Below the pieces are notes generated by a model that had not been told where the DNA came from, made no database searches, and worked only from the letters and a program-made list of their open reading frames with translations. DNA of 64,000 bases, taken from the human T2T-CHM13v2.0 reference genome, Homo sapiens. Below are positions 1 through 14,343 of this stretch, one piece after another (within the stretch, counting starts at the first letter, position 1; each line of letters starts with the position of its first letter). Location of the stretch: assembly GCF_009914755.1 (NCBI RefSeq), contig NC_060947.1; one strand, written 5' to 3'. A program made the translations under genes and the position numbers.

Positions 1-744
1 CTTACTCTTCACTCTCCTCTCCTCAAGCACAAGGAAGGGGTCTGTTTTGGAGTCATGAGCTATGTAGCCTGGATTTAGGAAAAGGGTAATGCCAGCACTC
101 CCTTAGCTGCCCTAGCTCGCGTCTCAGTAGGTTATGTGCCCCTTCAGTCCACTGTCTCTGGGCCTAGTTCAGTACTAGGACTTGCCTAAGAGTTGCAGTT
201 TTTGCAGCATACAACGCCTTTTGAGTTTATTTAGAGCCCCAGGGCATTTCAGCCCCTTGATGCTAGGTTAGAGGGAACTCAAGTTCAGATGGCTGGGATT
301 AGTGATTCCCCTCTGCGTAGGGCTGGTTTAAATGCAACCACAATAGGTGGTTGTCAGCTGAGTTTTGGTCTAGTTTTCCTTCCTGCTTTTCCAGGACAGC
401 ACTGAGTGCAATATGTCACAGTTGCTGGACTCTCCCTCCCCCAACTCCCAGACATGCTCTCCACACCATGCTGTGGCTGCTGAGATAGAGTGGGGTGGGC
501 TGGGGTTTCGATGGGGGAGGTAGGAGAGAGTTGGTGGAGTGGAGCCAGTGGTTTAAGACTGATTTTTCTATCTCTTTAGTGTCTCTCCCAGCGATATGAT
601 GTTAAAACCAGTTACTATGAGGGCTCACCTGATTTTTGGTTCTTATGATGGTGTTTTTACATGTAGGTAGTTGTTAAATTAGTATTCTTGCTGTGAGGGA
701 TGACTGGTGGAGCCTTCTATTCTGCCATCTTGCTTTGCCTCCTC
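1..744 (-). mobile_element. Old L1 (L1MA/L1M2-type) 5' UTR, running off the left edge
   Basis: Ends in tctgccatcttg (721-732), the reverse complement of the L1 5' YY1 motif caagatggcaga; the preceding sequence resembles L1M 5' UTRs. Confidence 0.7.
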
Positions 745-2011
745 AAAAATGTTGGCAATTAAATTCCAAATATTTTGCTCATATGTAACACTTAGTATAA
801 AATATAGTATTTAATATCATGCACCAGCATGAAAAACACTTTAATTATATCTGAAGGATAATATAACATCTGGTATCTCGTATATGTCACAGAAATTTTT
901 GACATCTTTATACTCAGACAACTATACTGAGGAAAAGGAATTTTTACCCCCTCTTATCAAGCATGATAATTTCTTTGGGGAAAGAACTACCACGTACTCC
1001 CTCCTTTTCCTCCATCCCTTCCTTTTTCCATGGGAGATGACAATGTGACCTTCATTGGTCAGAACCTCATTCATCTATTACTACATCTTATACCGCTGGG
1101 CATGTTACTGGACCTTCAGGATTTGGTTCAAATTGGTTTTCCTCTTTCACTTCCTACCCAATTTTATGTGAAAATATTTTTACTTTCAATAAGGGAAGAC
1201 TCTTGGAAACTATCAGTGCCTGACAGGAGCTATGCTAGTGGTTGGTACATTAAATAAATGTCAATTAAGACCTTTATAGAAAGGTATGAAGTTATGTAAA
1301 CATAAATGTGCAACTGTGAAAATTTAAGTAGAAACCTAGTATGGAAAATATTACCCTGTGACTGTCTTTGATATGCCCTCTTCCCCTAGCTAGTATGTCT
1401 GTTTCTCTAGAAGTTATAGACATTTTTGGCAATCCTTCCTTCTCCAGGAAAAACAAACTGTTCCTCCCAGTGTTATAATATTTATAAACTAATTCAAGTT
1501 CATGTGTTAATGGGTTATACTTGTTTAGAAAATAATTTGGATCATAGTATTTCTCACACTAGGAAGATATGTTGATTCTTTAGAGACAAATGTTCATGGC
1601 ACAGAGTGATGAAATTGATCAGCCATGTCCCTTCATAACTTTCAATTCTCTTTCCTTAATTTGTCCATTCAACCAGTGTTAAATTATTTCAGGTACAGCA
1701 ATGTCTTCATTCACAGAATACTCATCTAACACTACCAATTGCCCACCTTGAATTTCTAGCACATGATATCAACTACCACATGTGCCACTGTCTACATAAA
1801 TTGCTTTGATTCCTTTTGTGACATAGCTGGGTAGAGATAAAAAAAGATATGAAACATGAATATCTGTAGAGAAATATGGCACTCAAGACATTCCATCTTC
1901 ACTTATACAGCAACATCATCCTTTTCTGTTTTACATGGTAAAATCTTTATGTTAAGGGCAGGTAGTGCCTGTGCCTTGGCAATAATTTATTACAACTTAT
2001 ATAGCACTTAC

Positions 2012-2345
<334 letters not shown>

Positions 2346-2569
2346 TAGGTACAGTCCCCTATGTAATTTATTTTGTTCCACTTTAGACATGAACAAATGT
2401 GTATTTCAATATAAAATTCATTACAATTAATGCCTAAACCTAGGTAATGCCAATTGGTGTAGCCTTAGAGGGTTGGCCTAAGACCAATTTCAATTCAATT
2501 TAATTAGTATTTTTTTCTCCCAGTTCTTCACCAATATGCCAACCAGTGAAAGTTATGGAGAAACAAAGT

Positions 2570-2772
2570 CCATTTCAATATAAGGGCAAACTTCCAGAGC
2601 AATCAGCAATGTTTAAAATGGTACAGTCTTTCTCAGTGAGCTTCTCATCACCAGAGGCACACCATCAATGGATATTTGATCATCTACAGTAAAATTGTAA
2701 AAGAAACTCTTACACTAGATATAGGCATGGTTTAAGTAATTTCTTTACTCCTTTATATTTCTAAGCCCATGA
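2570..2772 (+). mobile_element. L3/CR1 LINE 3' fragment
   Basis: cagtgagcttctcatcaccagagg...tttctaagcccatga resembles a CR1/L3 3' end; highly diverged. Confidence 0.5.
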
Positions 2773-3753
2773 AAATATTTTTTCTATATAGCTGGTGGCC
2801 TATTTTTTATTGCTTGTGTGAATGGTGGCTAATGCAAAACCCTACCATTTTAGAGACTTCTTCTTTATCTACAGTTTGGTTTGTAGGCTAACTTACTAGT
2901 TTTTTCATCTCATGAACTTATAACAATTCAAGAACTACTTTCTAAATCTTGCATTTTACTTTTCAGTCTAAATTGACAAATATCACGTGTCTGTGTATGG
3001 CTTCTGAATGTTCAGATCATAACATGTTTCTCTGGCCTCCAAATGAAAATAAAACAATAATTTGAATTGATGTTACATCCTGTAAAAAACAGAAAAGAGA
3101 AATCTATGTTAGTAAGAGTGAGGCAAGTTGTAACAAAATTGTGATCACACTGTGAAACCAGCACATCTCTAAATCTTTCTAAATGCACGTTACCATAATA
3201 AAAAAAAAAAAAACTTTCTCATACACAGGTGATAGCAACAACCTACCATCTGTAAGGATCTGCCAAACTCGCAGCCTCTTTAACTGACCAATTTCCATAG
3301 TGAGGACCACTAAGCATTCACTTGTCAGCTCAGCACCTGAGCAAGTCCTGGGGTTAAGTTAATCCATGTTCTGGGAGAGAAGATATTTTAAGTAATTCTA
3401 TACCCAGAGTTCTAAGTTCAGACTTAAGCCAATATTTATGATGAGCTCACTCTAGCCAGACCTTTTTAACTCCTACTTATCCTTTATACTCAAGGGCATA
3501 CCCTCTAGCGTGTTGCCATTAGAGTTTCCTTCTTTCCATAGCCAGCCCTTCTGGCTACAGTAACAACAGGATGGTTCAAATTCTTCTATGGCATCTACGA
3601 CATCATGATAAAAGAATGCATCTCTGTTATGCCCAACACTGAGAGTGCCTGCTTTGTTGTTGCTGCCCCCTCTCTGTTCAACCATTTCTCTGAAATGTTC
3701 ATTTGTTTCTGCTGAAATAGGCACGGGGGAAACCAGCAAGCCCACGCATAAGT

Positions 3754-3935
3754 CAGTGGCCCACAAATGTGAATGTGCATCAGAATCACCAAGACAGTTC
3801 GTTCAAACATAGATAGTTAGGCCCTATTTTTAGAGTTTCTGATTCAGTAGGTCTGGGGTGAAACCCAATAATGTGCGTGCCTAGCACTTTATCAGGTGAT
3901 GATGATGGTGCTGGTCTGTGGATTACCATTTAATA
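3754..3935. mobile_element. MER5A DNA transposon (hAT-Charlie MITE)
   Basis: gcatcagaatcacc...agagtttctgattcagtaggtctggggtg...caggtgatgatgatggtgctggtctgtgga. Confidence 0.8.
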
Positions 3936-4196
3936 ATGAATTTAGCAAGGTAATCAGTTGCCTGTCTTCTTCAGTTAAATATACCACCAGTCTCTAAGAA
4001 TGAATTTCTTGGAGCCTCTTCGTTTATCTTCTGAGTGAGAAAGTACCTCTTTCCCTTCTCTAAGAGGGTAAATTTCCATAAGGCCATTGATGCTTGCTCT
4101 CCAGTATTTTGCATCTTTTTACCTACTTTTCTGTTTATATACGTTGGGAATTGGAGAGCCTGTCTAGCTGATTCTTAATAAGCTCTGCAAAGGGTA

Positions 4197-4637
4197 TGTA
4201 TTAGTTTACTAGTGCTTCTGTAACAGAGTACCACAGACTGGGTGGCTTAAACAACAAAAATCATTTTCCCACACTTCTGGAGGCTAGATATCTGAGACCA
4301 AGGTGTCAGCAGAGCTGGTTCCTTCTAGAGGCTCTGAGGGAGACTCTGTTCCAGCCCTCCCTCCTAGCTTCCTGTGGTTTTCTGTCAATCTATGATACTA
4401 CTTGTCCTGTAATATGGATCAACCCAATTGCTGTCTTCATGTTTATGTGACTTTTTCTCTGTGTGCATGTCTGTGTACAAATTTCCCGTTTCATAAAGAC
4501 ATCAATCATAGCCTCCTGCATTATCTTAACAAATTATATACTCAAAGATCGTATTCCCACATAAGATCACATTCTCAGGTACTGATGTTTACGGCTTCAA
4601 CATATAAATTTGGGGAGGACATAATTCAACTCAAACA
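4197..4637 (-). mobile_element. MLT1C-like MaLR solo LTR
   Basis: Starts tgtattagttt...taccacagactgggtggcttaaacaac; ends ggggaggacataattcaactcaaaca. Confidence 0.8.
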
Positions 4638-4899
4638 GAGTGTCATGTCCCCATGAATACCTGGCTTTCTATGAAATGGAGGTTGTTTGAAGATTCTACC
4701 CTCAGCTTTGGATCTTAATCACCGGTTAGAAGCTACATGAATTGCTTTGCTCTACAACCTTCTATGAATAAATGCCTGGAGGGAGGCGAGACCTTACTGA
4801 AAGCTATCTTGAGTCCAGTCTATAATGAATCATCCTGAAGAACAGAGCAGTTTCTCTTAAGGAAAGTATTCTCTCATTGCTCTTCTTTGGCTAGAATTA

Positions 4900-6373
<1,474 letters not shown>

Positions 6374-6904
6374 AAAAGCTACAGCAACAACACTTGTGAT
6401 ATTTAGATTTTGTAGCTTAATGTGAGAAATAACTGGAAAGTTTATGAAATTAAGTCTTCTTACTTAGTAATACAGTTTTTCTTGTCATTTTTTCAGGACT
6501 TCCTTTATGTTCCTCTGCAAGTATTTGCAATTTTATAAATACAGCTTCTGTCATATCTTGTTATGTCTATTCCTAAATATTTTATGTACGCAATATAATG
6601 GGTACAATCTTACTTTTATTAGCAACTTGTATGGTCATGACTCCTTCCAAAAGAGCTCTTCTTCTATTAGGTAAGTGATTTGATAATCCTACTTAGAAAC
6701 TTACACATTAAGACATGTCTTTTGGTAGGTATGTGGGGATGTGAGCAGACAGAGCTGCTCTACAATGAGATACAAACATATTTGCTTGAGAAAGAAGGAA
6801 TGATGAATAGAGACAGATAATGGAGAAATGGAGTCATTTGGTTGGCAAATAACCAAAAGTTGGCTGTAATGGAGAAAATTAGTACTTATCAGGGACTTAC
6901 TACA

Positions 6905-7143
6905 GTGTGTGTTTGTGTCCTCTGAGAAAAAGACATAAAGATTAGGTTAGACATACTTGAGATTTGTTGAGAAAAAAGCTTGTAAGATTAAAAAAAAGTG
7001 GAAAGACCTAGAAATGGTGGGTAGCACCTTCAGACAATCATACTGATCTGACATTTGTGAGAGAGAGAGGGAAGGAAGAAATGATTGGATAGGGAGGGTT
7101 TCAGAATGCAGTACAACTCGGAGAAAGTTTCCATCAAGCCAAT
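6905..7143. mobile_element. Old ERVL-class LTR fragment (LTR16/LTR33-like)
   Basis: ccttcagac...tctgacatttgtga...gggaaggaag...cagaatgcagtacaactcggagaaagttt pattern; subfamily uncertain. Confidence 0.5.
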
Positions 7144-7264
7144 ATTAATGTTGTAGAAAGTACTGGTCTAATCATTAATATTCCCATTTGGCATAATATT
7201 ATTTATATTCTAGATTTTTAAATATTGTTCTACTTTGGTTTTCTTGCATTAAAAGTATAACATG

Positions 7265-7783
<519 letters not shown>

Positions 7784-7793
7784 TCTTCCTCTT

Positions 7794-7948
7794 GATAAAA
7801 AAGGTACTTATCTTAACATGGGACCTCCACTCTCATGTCATCTAAACCTAGTTACATCCCAAATAACTCATCTCCAAATACCATAACACTGGAGGTTAAG
7901 ACTTCAATGTAAACATTTTAGGGGGACACAAGCATTCAGCCTACAATA
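7794..7948 (-). mobile_element. MLT1A-type LTR fragment
   Basis: catctccaaataccataacactggaggttaagacttcaa...gggggacacaagcattcag. Confidence 0.65.
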
Positions 7949-7991
7949 CTACCAGTCATTATTATATATTATTATATGAATATTTTATATA

Positions 7992-7994
<3 letters not shown>

Positions 7995-8026
<32 letters not shown>
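7995..8026. repeat. (AC)16 microsatellite
   Basis: Read directly. Confidence 0.95.
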
Positions 8027-8028
<2 letters not shown>

Positions 8029-8249
8029 CACTTACAAAACCTTTGGACCAAAAGAACTTTTTAGAATTATAAAGTTGTTTTTATATATTATATAAAAATA
8101 TATATCATATAACATAATTACATAATGTATAATATTTTATATAATTATATATCAAATAATCATTAAAACTTATTTGTAAATGGAATAAATATATCACAGA
8201 TATGTGTTACTGTTTCAAGTAATTTTACATCTTTTGTGATAAATAAACA

Positions 8250-8575
8250 CAGTAGTAGCCCTTTATCCACAGTTTTGCTTTTTGTAGTTTCAGTTACCCA
8301 TGGTCAACCATGGTCTGAAAAGAGGTGAGTACAGTGCAGTAAGATAGTGAGAGAGAGGCCATATTCACATAGCTCATATTATTATAATTGTTCTATTTTA
8401 TGATCACTTATTGTTGTTAATCTCTTCCTGTGCCTAATTTATAAATTAAACTTTATCATACATATATGCAAAGAACAAACATAGTACAGTATATATAGGG
8501 TTAAGTTTGTCTGCCATTTCAGAAACCTACTGGAGGTCTCGGAACTTATTCCCTGCGTATAAGGGGGTACTACTG
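8250..8575. mobile_element. MER44A (Tigger7-derived) DNA transposon
   Basis: Terminal inverted repeats cagtagtagccctttatcc / gtataagggggtactactg around a typical ~330-bp body. Confidence 0.85.
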
Positions 8576-9399
8576 TGTATTTATATAAACTACTATTGAA
8601 ACAGGAATAGCTTTTTAAAATCTTGTGTTTTGTTTTGTAATCAATACTTACTAAGCTATTAATGTAAATATCAACATAGTCTAAATGTTTTTGATCTTAT
8701 AGAGACAGCACCAAATATTTTCCTCACAAACAGCAGCTAAAAGCAATATTTTTGTCAATTATCATTATGTTGTAAGAAAATGGAGACTACAAGTATAATT
8801 TAATGTTATACAGCATAAATTAAATGAAAAAACAATGTCTCTTATGTTGGCATTAAACACATTAAACCGAGTTATTTGTAAACTGATAGATTTTATTCTT
8901 CACTGTTCAAATAATGATGTTGTATAGTTGAAGCTTATGACAGAACTGGATCAGTATTTCCTTTAAATATTAAAAAGAACATAATTTTTTATCATATTTG
9001 ATCCTGTTCACAAGTGGTTACTAAGAACGGTTTGTAAAGCTGCAAAAATTCAGAGATAAAGACAATTTTTCACATCGTGACTGGCATATTTGGCTATAAA
9101 TCAAAATGCAATGTACAAAGTTAGCTAAAAAGCTAGACTAGAAATCAGGAGACACAAACTTTAACACTGGCTCTGCTACTATATAGCCATAAAACTACGT
9201 TTAAATGCCCTCATCTGTAATATAAATTGATTACTCAGGGAGATCCCCAAAGGCTTTACCAGCCATGATACTTTAGTATCTTCAGAATGTAAGATCATAG
9301 TTATTATTTTGTTAACTCAGCTGGTTAGGGCATAGTGTTAGTAAAGAAATATAGACTAATGGTTTTGATCATTCTTTAGACTTGTTAATATTACTGCTG

Positions 9400-9494
9400 A
9401 ATCATTTGATTCATTTGCCAAATATTTATAGGTCACCTATTATGTGCTGAGTACTCCTTCAAGGTCTATGTATGAGTCACTTTTTTAGTGGAGT

Positions 9495-9537
<43 letters not shown>

Positions 9538-9880
9538 AATTCCATATTGCCAAGAAGCTTATATTACAGTGAAACGAAACAGACAGTACTAAATTAAATA
9601 AGTTAAATAAACCATATTAAATAGAAGTAAGTGTTAAGGAGAAATAAAAATGAAAGAATAAAAAGGGTGGCAGGAGGCCTGGAGATTGCAATTATAGATA
9701 GTGGCCAAGAAAGATGCTATTAATATGTTGATTTTATTTGAGTGAGGAGCTACAGAAAAATATGTCCAAGCCAAAAATATATCTCTAAGAACAACATTAG
9801 GCAAAACAAAAAGAAGTGCAAACAGAGGTCTTGAGGTAAGAATGTTCCTGACTTTTTTTTTTTTTTTGTAAACAGCAAGA
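9400..9880 (-). mobile_element. L2 3' fragment containing a (GA)n tract (about 9494-9532)
   Basis: tcatttgccaaatatttataggtcacctattatgtgc is a reversed L2 tail. Confidence 0.65.
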
Positions 9881-11507
9881 ATGATAGTGTGTGAAGTTCT
9901 AGCCATAGCAATTAGGCAAGAGAAAGAAATAAAAGGCATCCAAAAAAAAACAGAGGAAGGTAAACTATCTCTCTTTGCAGATGATATGATTCTATACCTA
10001 GACAATCCCATAATCTCTCCTCAAAGACTCCCAGATCTGATAAACATATTTAGCAAAGGATTAGAAGAAAAAAATCAATGTACAAAAATTAGTAGCATTT
10101 CTTTTTTTTTTTTTTTTTTTTGAGACAGAGTCTTACTCTGTCGCCCAGGCTGGAGTGCAGAGGCCTGATCTTGGCTCACTGCAACCTCCACCTCCCAGGT
10201 TCAAGCGATTCTCATTTCTATACACCAGTAATATCCAAGCTGAGGGCCAAATGAAGAATGCAATACCATTCACAATAGCCACAGAAAGAATGAAATACAT
10301 AGGAATATAGCTAATCAGAGAAGTAAATGATCTCTACAATGAGAATTATAAAACATTGCTGAAAGAAATCAGAAATAACACAAACAAATGGGAAGAACAT
10401 TCCATGCTCATGGATAAGAAGAACCAATATTTTTAAAATGGCCATACTACCCAAAGAAATTTACATATGCAATGCTAGTCCTGGCAAACTAACAGTGACA
10501 TTTTTTTCACAGAATCAGAAAAAAAATTCTAAAATTCATATGGGACCAAAAAAGAGCCTAAATACCCAAAGCAATCCTAAGCATAAAGAACAAAGCCAGA
10601 GATATTACATTTCCTGACTTCAAACTATACAATGCTACAGTAACCAAAACAGCATGGTCCTGGTACCAAAACAGACATAGAGACCATCGAACAGAATAGA
10701 GAACACAGAAATAAGCCACACACTTAACAACCATATCATCTTTGACAAGGTCAACAATGAGGAAAGGACTCCCTATTTAATAAATCATTCTGAGATAAAT
10801 GGCTGCCCATATGCAGAAGATTCAACCTGGACCCCTTCCTTTCACCATATGCAAAAATCAACTCAAGATGGATTAAATATTTAAATGTAAAACCTAAAAC
10901 TATAAAACCCTGGAAGAAAACCTAGGAAATACCATCCTGAGCATTGGCTCTGGCAAAAATTTCATGAGGAAGACTCTAAAAGCAATTGCAACAAAAACAA
11001 AAATTGACAAGTGGGACCTAATTAAAATAAAGACCTTCTGCACGCCAAAAGAACCTATCCACAGAATAAACAGATAACCTATGGAATGGGAGGAAATACT
11101 AACAAACTATGCATCCAATAAAGGTCTGATATTCAGAATACATAAGTAACTTAAAGAAATCCACAAGCAGAAACCAACCTCATTATGAAGTAGGAAAAGG
11201 ACATGAACAGAAACTTATCAAAAAAAGACAAACGTAGCAAACAAGCACATGAAAAAATTCTCAGCAACGCTAACCATTAGAGAAATGCAAATCAAAATCA
11301 CAGTTAGATACCATCTGACACAGGCTAGAATAGCTATTATAAAAGTAAAAAAATAACAAATAATGGAGAGGTTGCAGTAAAAAAGGAAGACTTAAACACT
11401 GCTGATTGGATTGCAAATTAGCTTAGCCACTGTAGAGAGCAGTTTGGAGAATTCTCAAAGAACTTAAAACTCAACTACTATTCAATCCAGCAATCCCATT
11501 ACTGGGC
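9881..11507 (+). mobile_element. L1 (L1PA15/16 or L1PB4-like) ORF2 fragment, RT domain to C-terminus; 3' end missing
   Basis: ORF 9881..10123 encodes [11 protein letters not shown]...[15 protein letters not shown]2-like sequence continues until the MLT2A LTR interrupts it. Confidence 0.88.
10103..10212 (-). mobile_element. Severely 5'-truncated AluS (3' end of right arm plus A-tail)
   Basis: T-tract plus about 90 nt of Alu; TSD catttct at 10096-10102 and 10213-10219. Confidence 0.85.
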
Positions 11508-11939
11508 TGTATTAGGGTTCTCTAGAAGGACAGAACTAATAGGATATATGTATAAATAAAGGGGAGTTTATTAAGTATTAACTCAGATGATCACAAGGTC
11601 CCACAGTAGGCCATCTGTAAGCTGAGGAGGAAAAGCCAGTCCAAGTCCCAAAACTGAAAAACCTGGAGCCCAATGTTTGAGGGAAGGAAGCATCCAGCAC
11701 GGGAGAAAGATGTAGGCTGGAAGGCTAGGCCAGTCTAGCCTTTTCATGTTTTTCAGCCTGCTTTATATCTGCTGACAGCTGATTAGATGGTTCCCACGTA
11801 AATTAAGGGTGGATCTGCCTTTCCCAGCCCACTAACTCGAATGTTAATCTCCTTTGGCAACACCCTCACAGACACACCCAGGATCAATACTTTGCATCCT
11901 TCAATCCAATCAAGTTGACACTCAATATTAACCATCACA
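11508..11939 (-). mobile_element. MLT2A1-like LTR (3' LTR of HERV-L)
   Basis: tgtattagggttctctagaaggacagaac...ctcaatattaaccatcaca, 432 bp; PPT-like aggggtggact immediately upstream on the minus strand. Confidence 0.9.
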
Positions 11940-12492
11940 AGTCCACCCCTTGTCAACTTGAAGCCACACACATCTCCTGAGATCATACATAATCTTCAAA
12001 TAAAGACAATAATAAGGTCATAATTATACCTAACATAATACAGCTATCATTCATACAACCGGAAATGCACCAATCTCCAACCCAAATGGTATTACATAAA
12101 GTTAATAATAATTAAATGCTGATATGAAGTCAGTAAATCCTATGATACATGCTAAAGAAAAAAAGGAAACAAGACGAAGATATTTTCTTAGTATAAGTGT
12201 ATGCTTGCACAAACATGTTTTTAACAAAAGAAGGAAGAAATACTCATGACAATTAGTCCTTGTTTCTGCAACTGGTCCCGTGATTGTAGCTGGTATTGAT
12301 GACTACCTTCTTCTACTACCCATTCGGTATCCCGTTTGCCTTCAGTAAGCACCTAAGCAGGTCAGGTGTTTTTTGTTGTTGTTTGTTTGTTTGTTTGTTT
12401 TTCCTGGTGGAGTGAACCAAACCTTCATTCCTGAAGGGTCTGGGCCATTTGTATTCCTGCCTGGATTGGGCTGTTGTAGTTTCTCATTGACC

Positions 12493-12855
12493 TTACACAG
12501 GGCATGGTAATACTAAGAGACGCCCTAATGGATCTCCTGTATTCCATGCATACTCTTCCTTACCTCTGTTGTGGAGGAGTAGACTGAATTCATCTTGATA
12601 GTCCAGGTCAATCACCCCAGCCAACACTGTAACTCCCTTAGCCTGTTGACTTAAAGGTAGGAGGAGCCCAATGTGTCCAGGTGGCAGTCTTAACTTCCAG
12701 TTTAGTGGAATTGTTGTGTCTCCTGGTGGCAGCGTTCTTCCCTTTGGAACTAAGACCTCTAGGCAAGCAGAACATAATGTCGCAAGAACAGGAAGCAAAA
12801 ATTTTGCTAGTGGATTACTAGGGGTGATGGTGAGTAGTGCCACTTCCACTTCCAC
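12493..12855 (-). pseudogene. HERV-L dUTPase remnant
   Basis: LNWKLRLPPGHIGLL...GVTVLAGVIDLDYQDEF matches the dUTPase motif GVIDxDYxGE and lies downstream of integrase, as in ERV-L. Confidence 0.85.
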
Positions 12856-12914
12856 CCCTTGATTCCTGGCCCCTTAATCCTGGCTATGGGAAAAACAGTA
12901 CAATATATTGGACA

Positions 12915-13797
12915 CTAATCCAGAGCATACATGGCCTTCTGGATAACTTTGCCCCAGCCCTGCAAAGTATTGTCACCTAGTTGGCATTGTAATTGTGACT
13001 TCAAAAGGCCATTCCACCGTTCTATCAATCCAGATGCTTCAGGATGATAGGGAACATGGTAAGACCAGTGAATTCCATGAGCATAAGTCCACTGCCGCAC
13101 TCCTTTAGCCATAAGGTGAGTGCCTCAGTCAGAAGAATTGCTGAGTGGACTACCATGATGGTGGATAAGGCATTCCATGATTCCACAGATGGTAGTCCTG
13201 GCAGAAGCATTGTATCCAGGATAGGCAAACCCATATCCGGAGTAAGTGTCTATTCCAGTGAGAACAAACCTTTGCCCTTTCCATAATGAAAGAGGATAAT
13301 CAACGTGCCACTAAGTAGCTGGCTGATCACCCCGAGGAATGATGCCATATCGAGGAGTCAGTATTGGTCTCTGCTGCTGGTGAATTGGGCACTCAGCAGT
13401 GACCATAGCCAGGTCAGCCTTGGTGAGTGGAAGTCCATGTTGCTGAGCCCATGAGTAGCCATCCCTGCCACCATGGCCACTTTTTTCACGGGCCCATTGG
13501 GTGATGACAGGCGTGGCTCGGAAAAGAGGCTGAATGGTGTCCACAGAATGGGTCATCCTATCCACTTGATTGTTAAAATCCTCCTCTGCTGAGGTCACCC
13601 ATTGGTGAGCACTCACATGGGAATACAAATATCTTCACAATTTTTGACCACTCAGCAAGGTCCATCCACATACTTCTTCCCAAAATTTTTTTGTCACCAA
13701 TTTTCCAATAATGCTTTTTCCAAGTCCCTGACCATCCAGCCAAACCATTGGCTACAGCCCATGAATCAGTATCGCATCCAGCCATTTCTTCTTCCAT
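12915..13797 (-). pseudogene. HERV-L pol (RNase H/integrase) remnant, split over several frames
   Basis: ORFs 13573..13797, 13311..13628 and 12915..13112 carry successive pol motifs. Confidence 0.85.
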
Positions 13798-13839
13798 GCA
13801 AAGTTCACAATCAGGGGCACTGATCGAAGTTCTGCCATT

Positions 13840-14060
13840 ATGAAAAGAGAATTATACAATGTATAAAATAGGTGAAATTAATATTCTTGGGGAGATTCAG
13901 TGACTATTACATTAAAAAACCAAATTGATATGAAAAAGTAAATAATTTCTTAAAAATTTAAAATGCAATTGTCAAAACTAAAAATAAGTCTTTAGATAAA
14001 ATAAATATCAAAATTGATCACAGCTGAAGATGTAGTTAGTGATAGACTCCTAAGATTAAT
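13840..14060 (+). mobile_element. Very old L1ME-like ORF1 fragment (continues at 19870-20200)
   Basis: A-rich ORF1-like sequence (acagctgaaga...) that resumes after the inserted minus-strand L1. Confidence 0.5.
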
Positions 14061-14343
14061 ATTATTTCTTTTTTGTGTATTAGGTTTCAGAATGTAATTT
14101 GATCATATTTTTTATTTAAGATGTTCTACATAATATATATAAAATGAGTGACTTAAAAACTACTTTACTAAGGTATAAGTGACATGTAAAAAGCTATACA
14201 GATTTAATGTATACAATTCTGTGAGTTTAGGGATAAGTATACACTTGTGAAACCATCACAGTCATCAAAGCCATGAACACATCTACCTCCTCCCACAGAC
14301 TGTACCTGTCTTGTACTTTTTTTTTTTTTCAGTAAAAACACCA

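Larger units (their letters stand above)
11940..13837 (-). mobile_element. HERV-L internal fragment (RNase H, integrase, dUTPase); 5' part and 5' LTR missing
   Basis: Frameshifted pol peptides TDSWAVANGLAGWSGTWK, SHVSAH, SGHGGRDG and GIHWSYHVPYHPEASGLIERWNGLLK. Confidence 0.9.

Noticed and set aside
3196-3213. AATAAA followed by an A-run, suggesting a processed pseudogene tail
   Set aside because: No TSD and no recognisable mRNA-derived sequence upstream.
3473-3766. 97-aa ORF in mostly unique sequence
   Set aside because: No recognisable domain, its start overlaps MER5A, and the length is compatible with chance.
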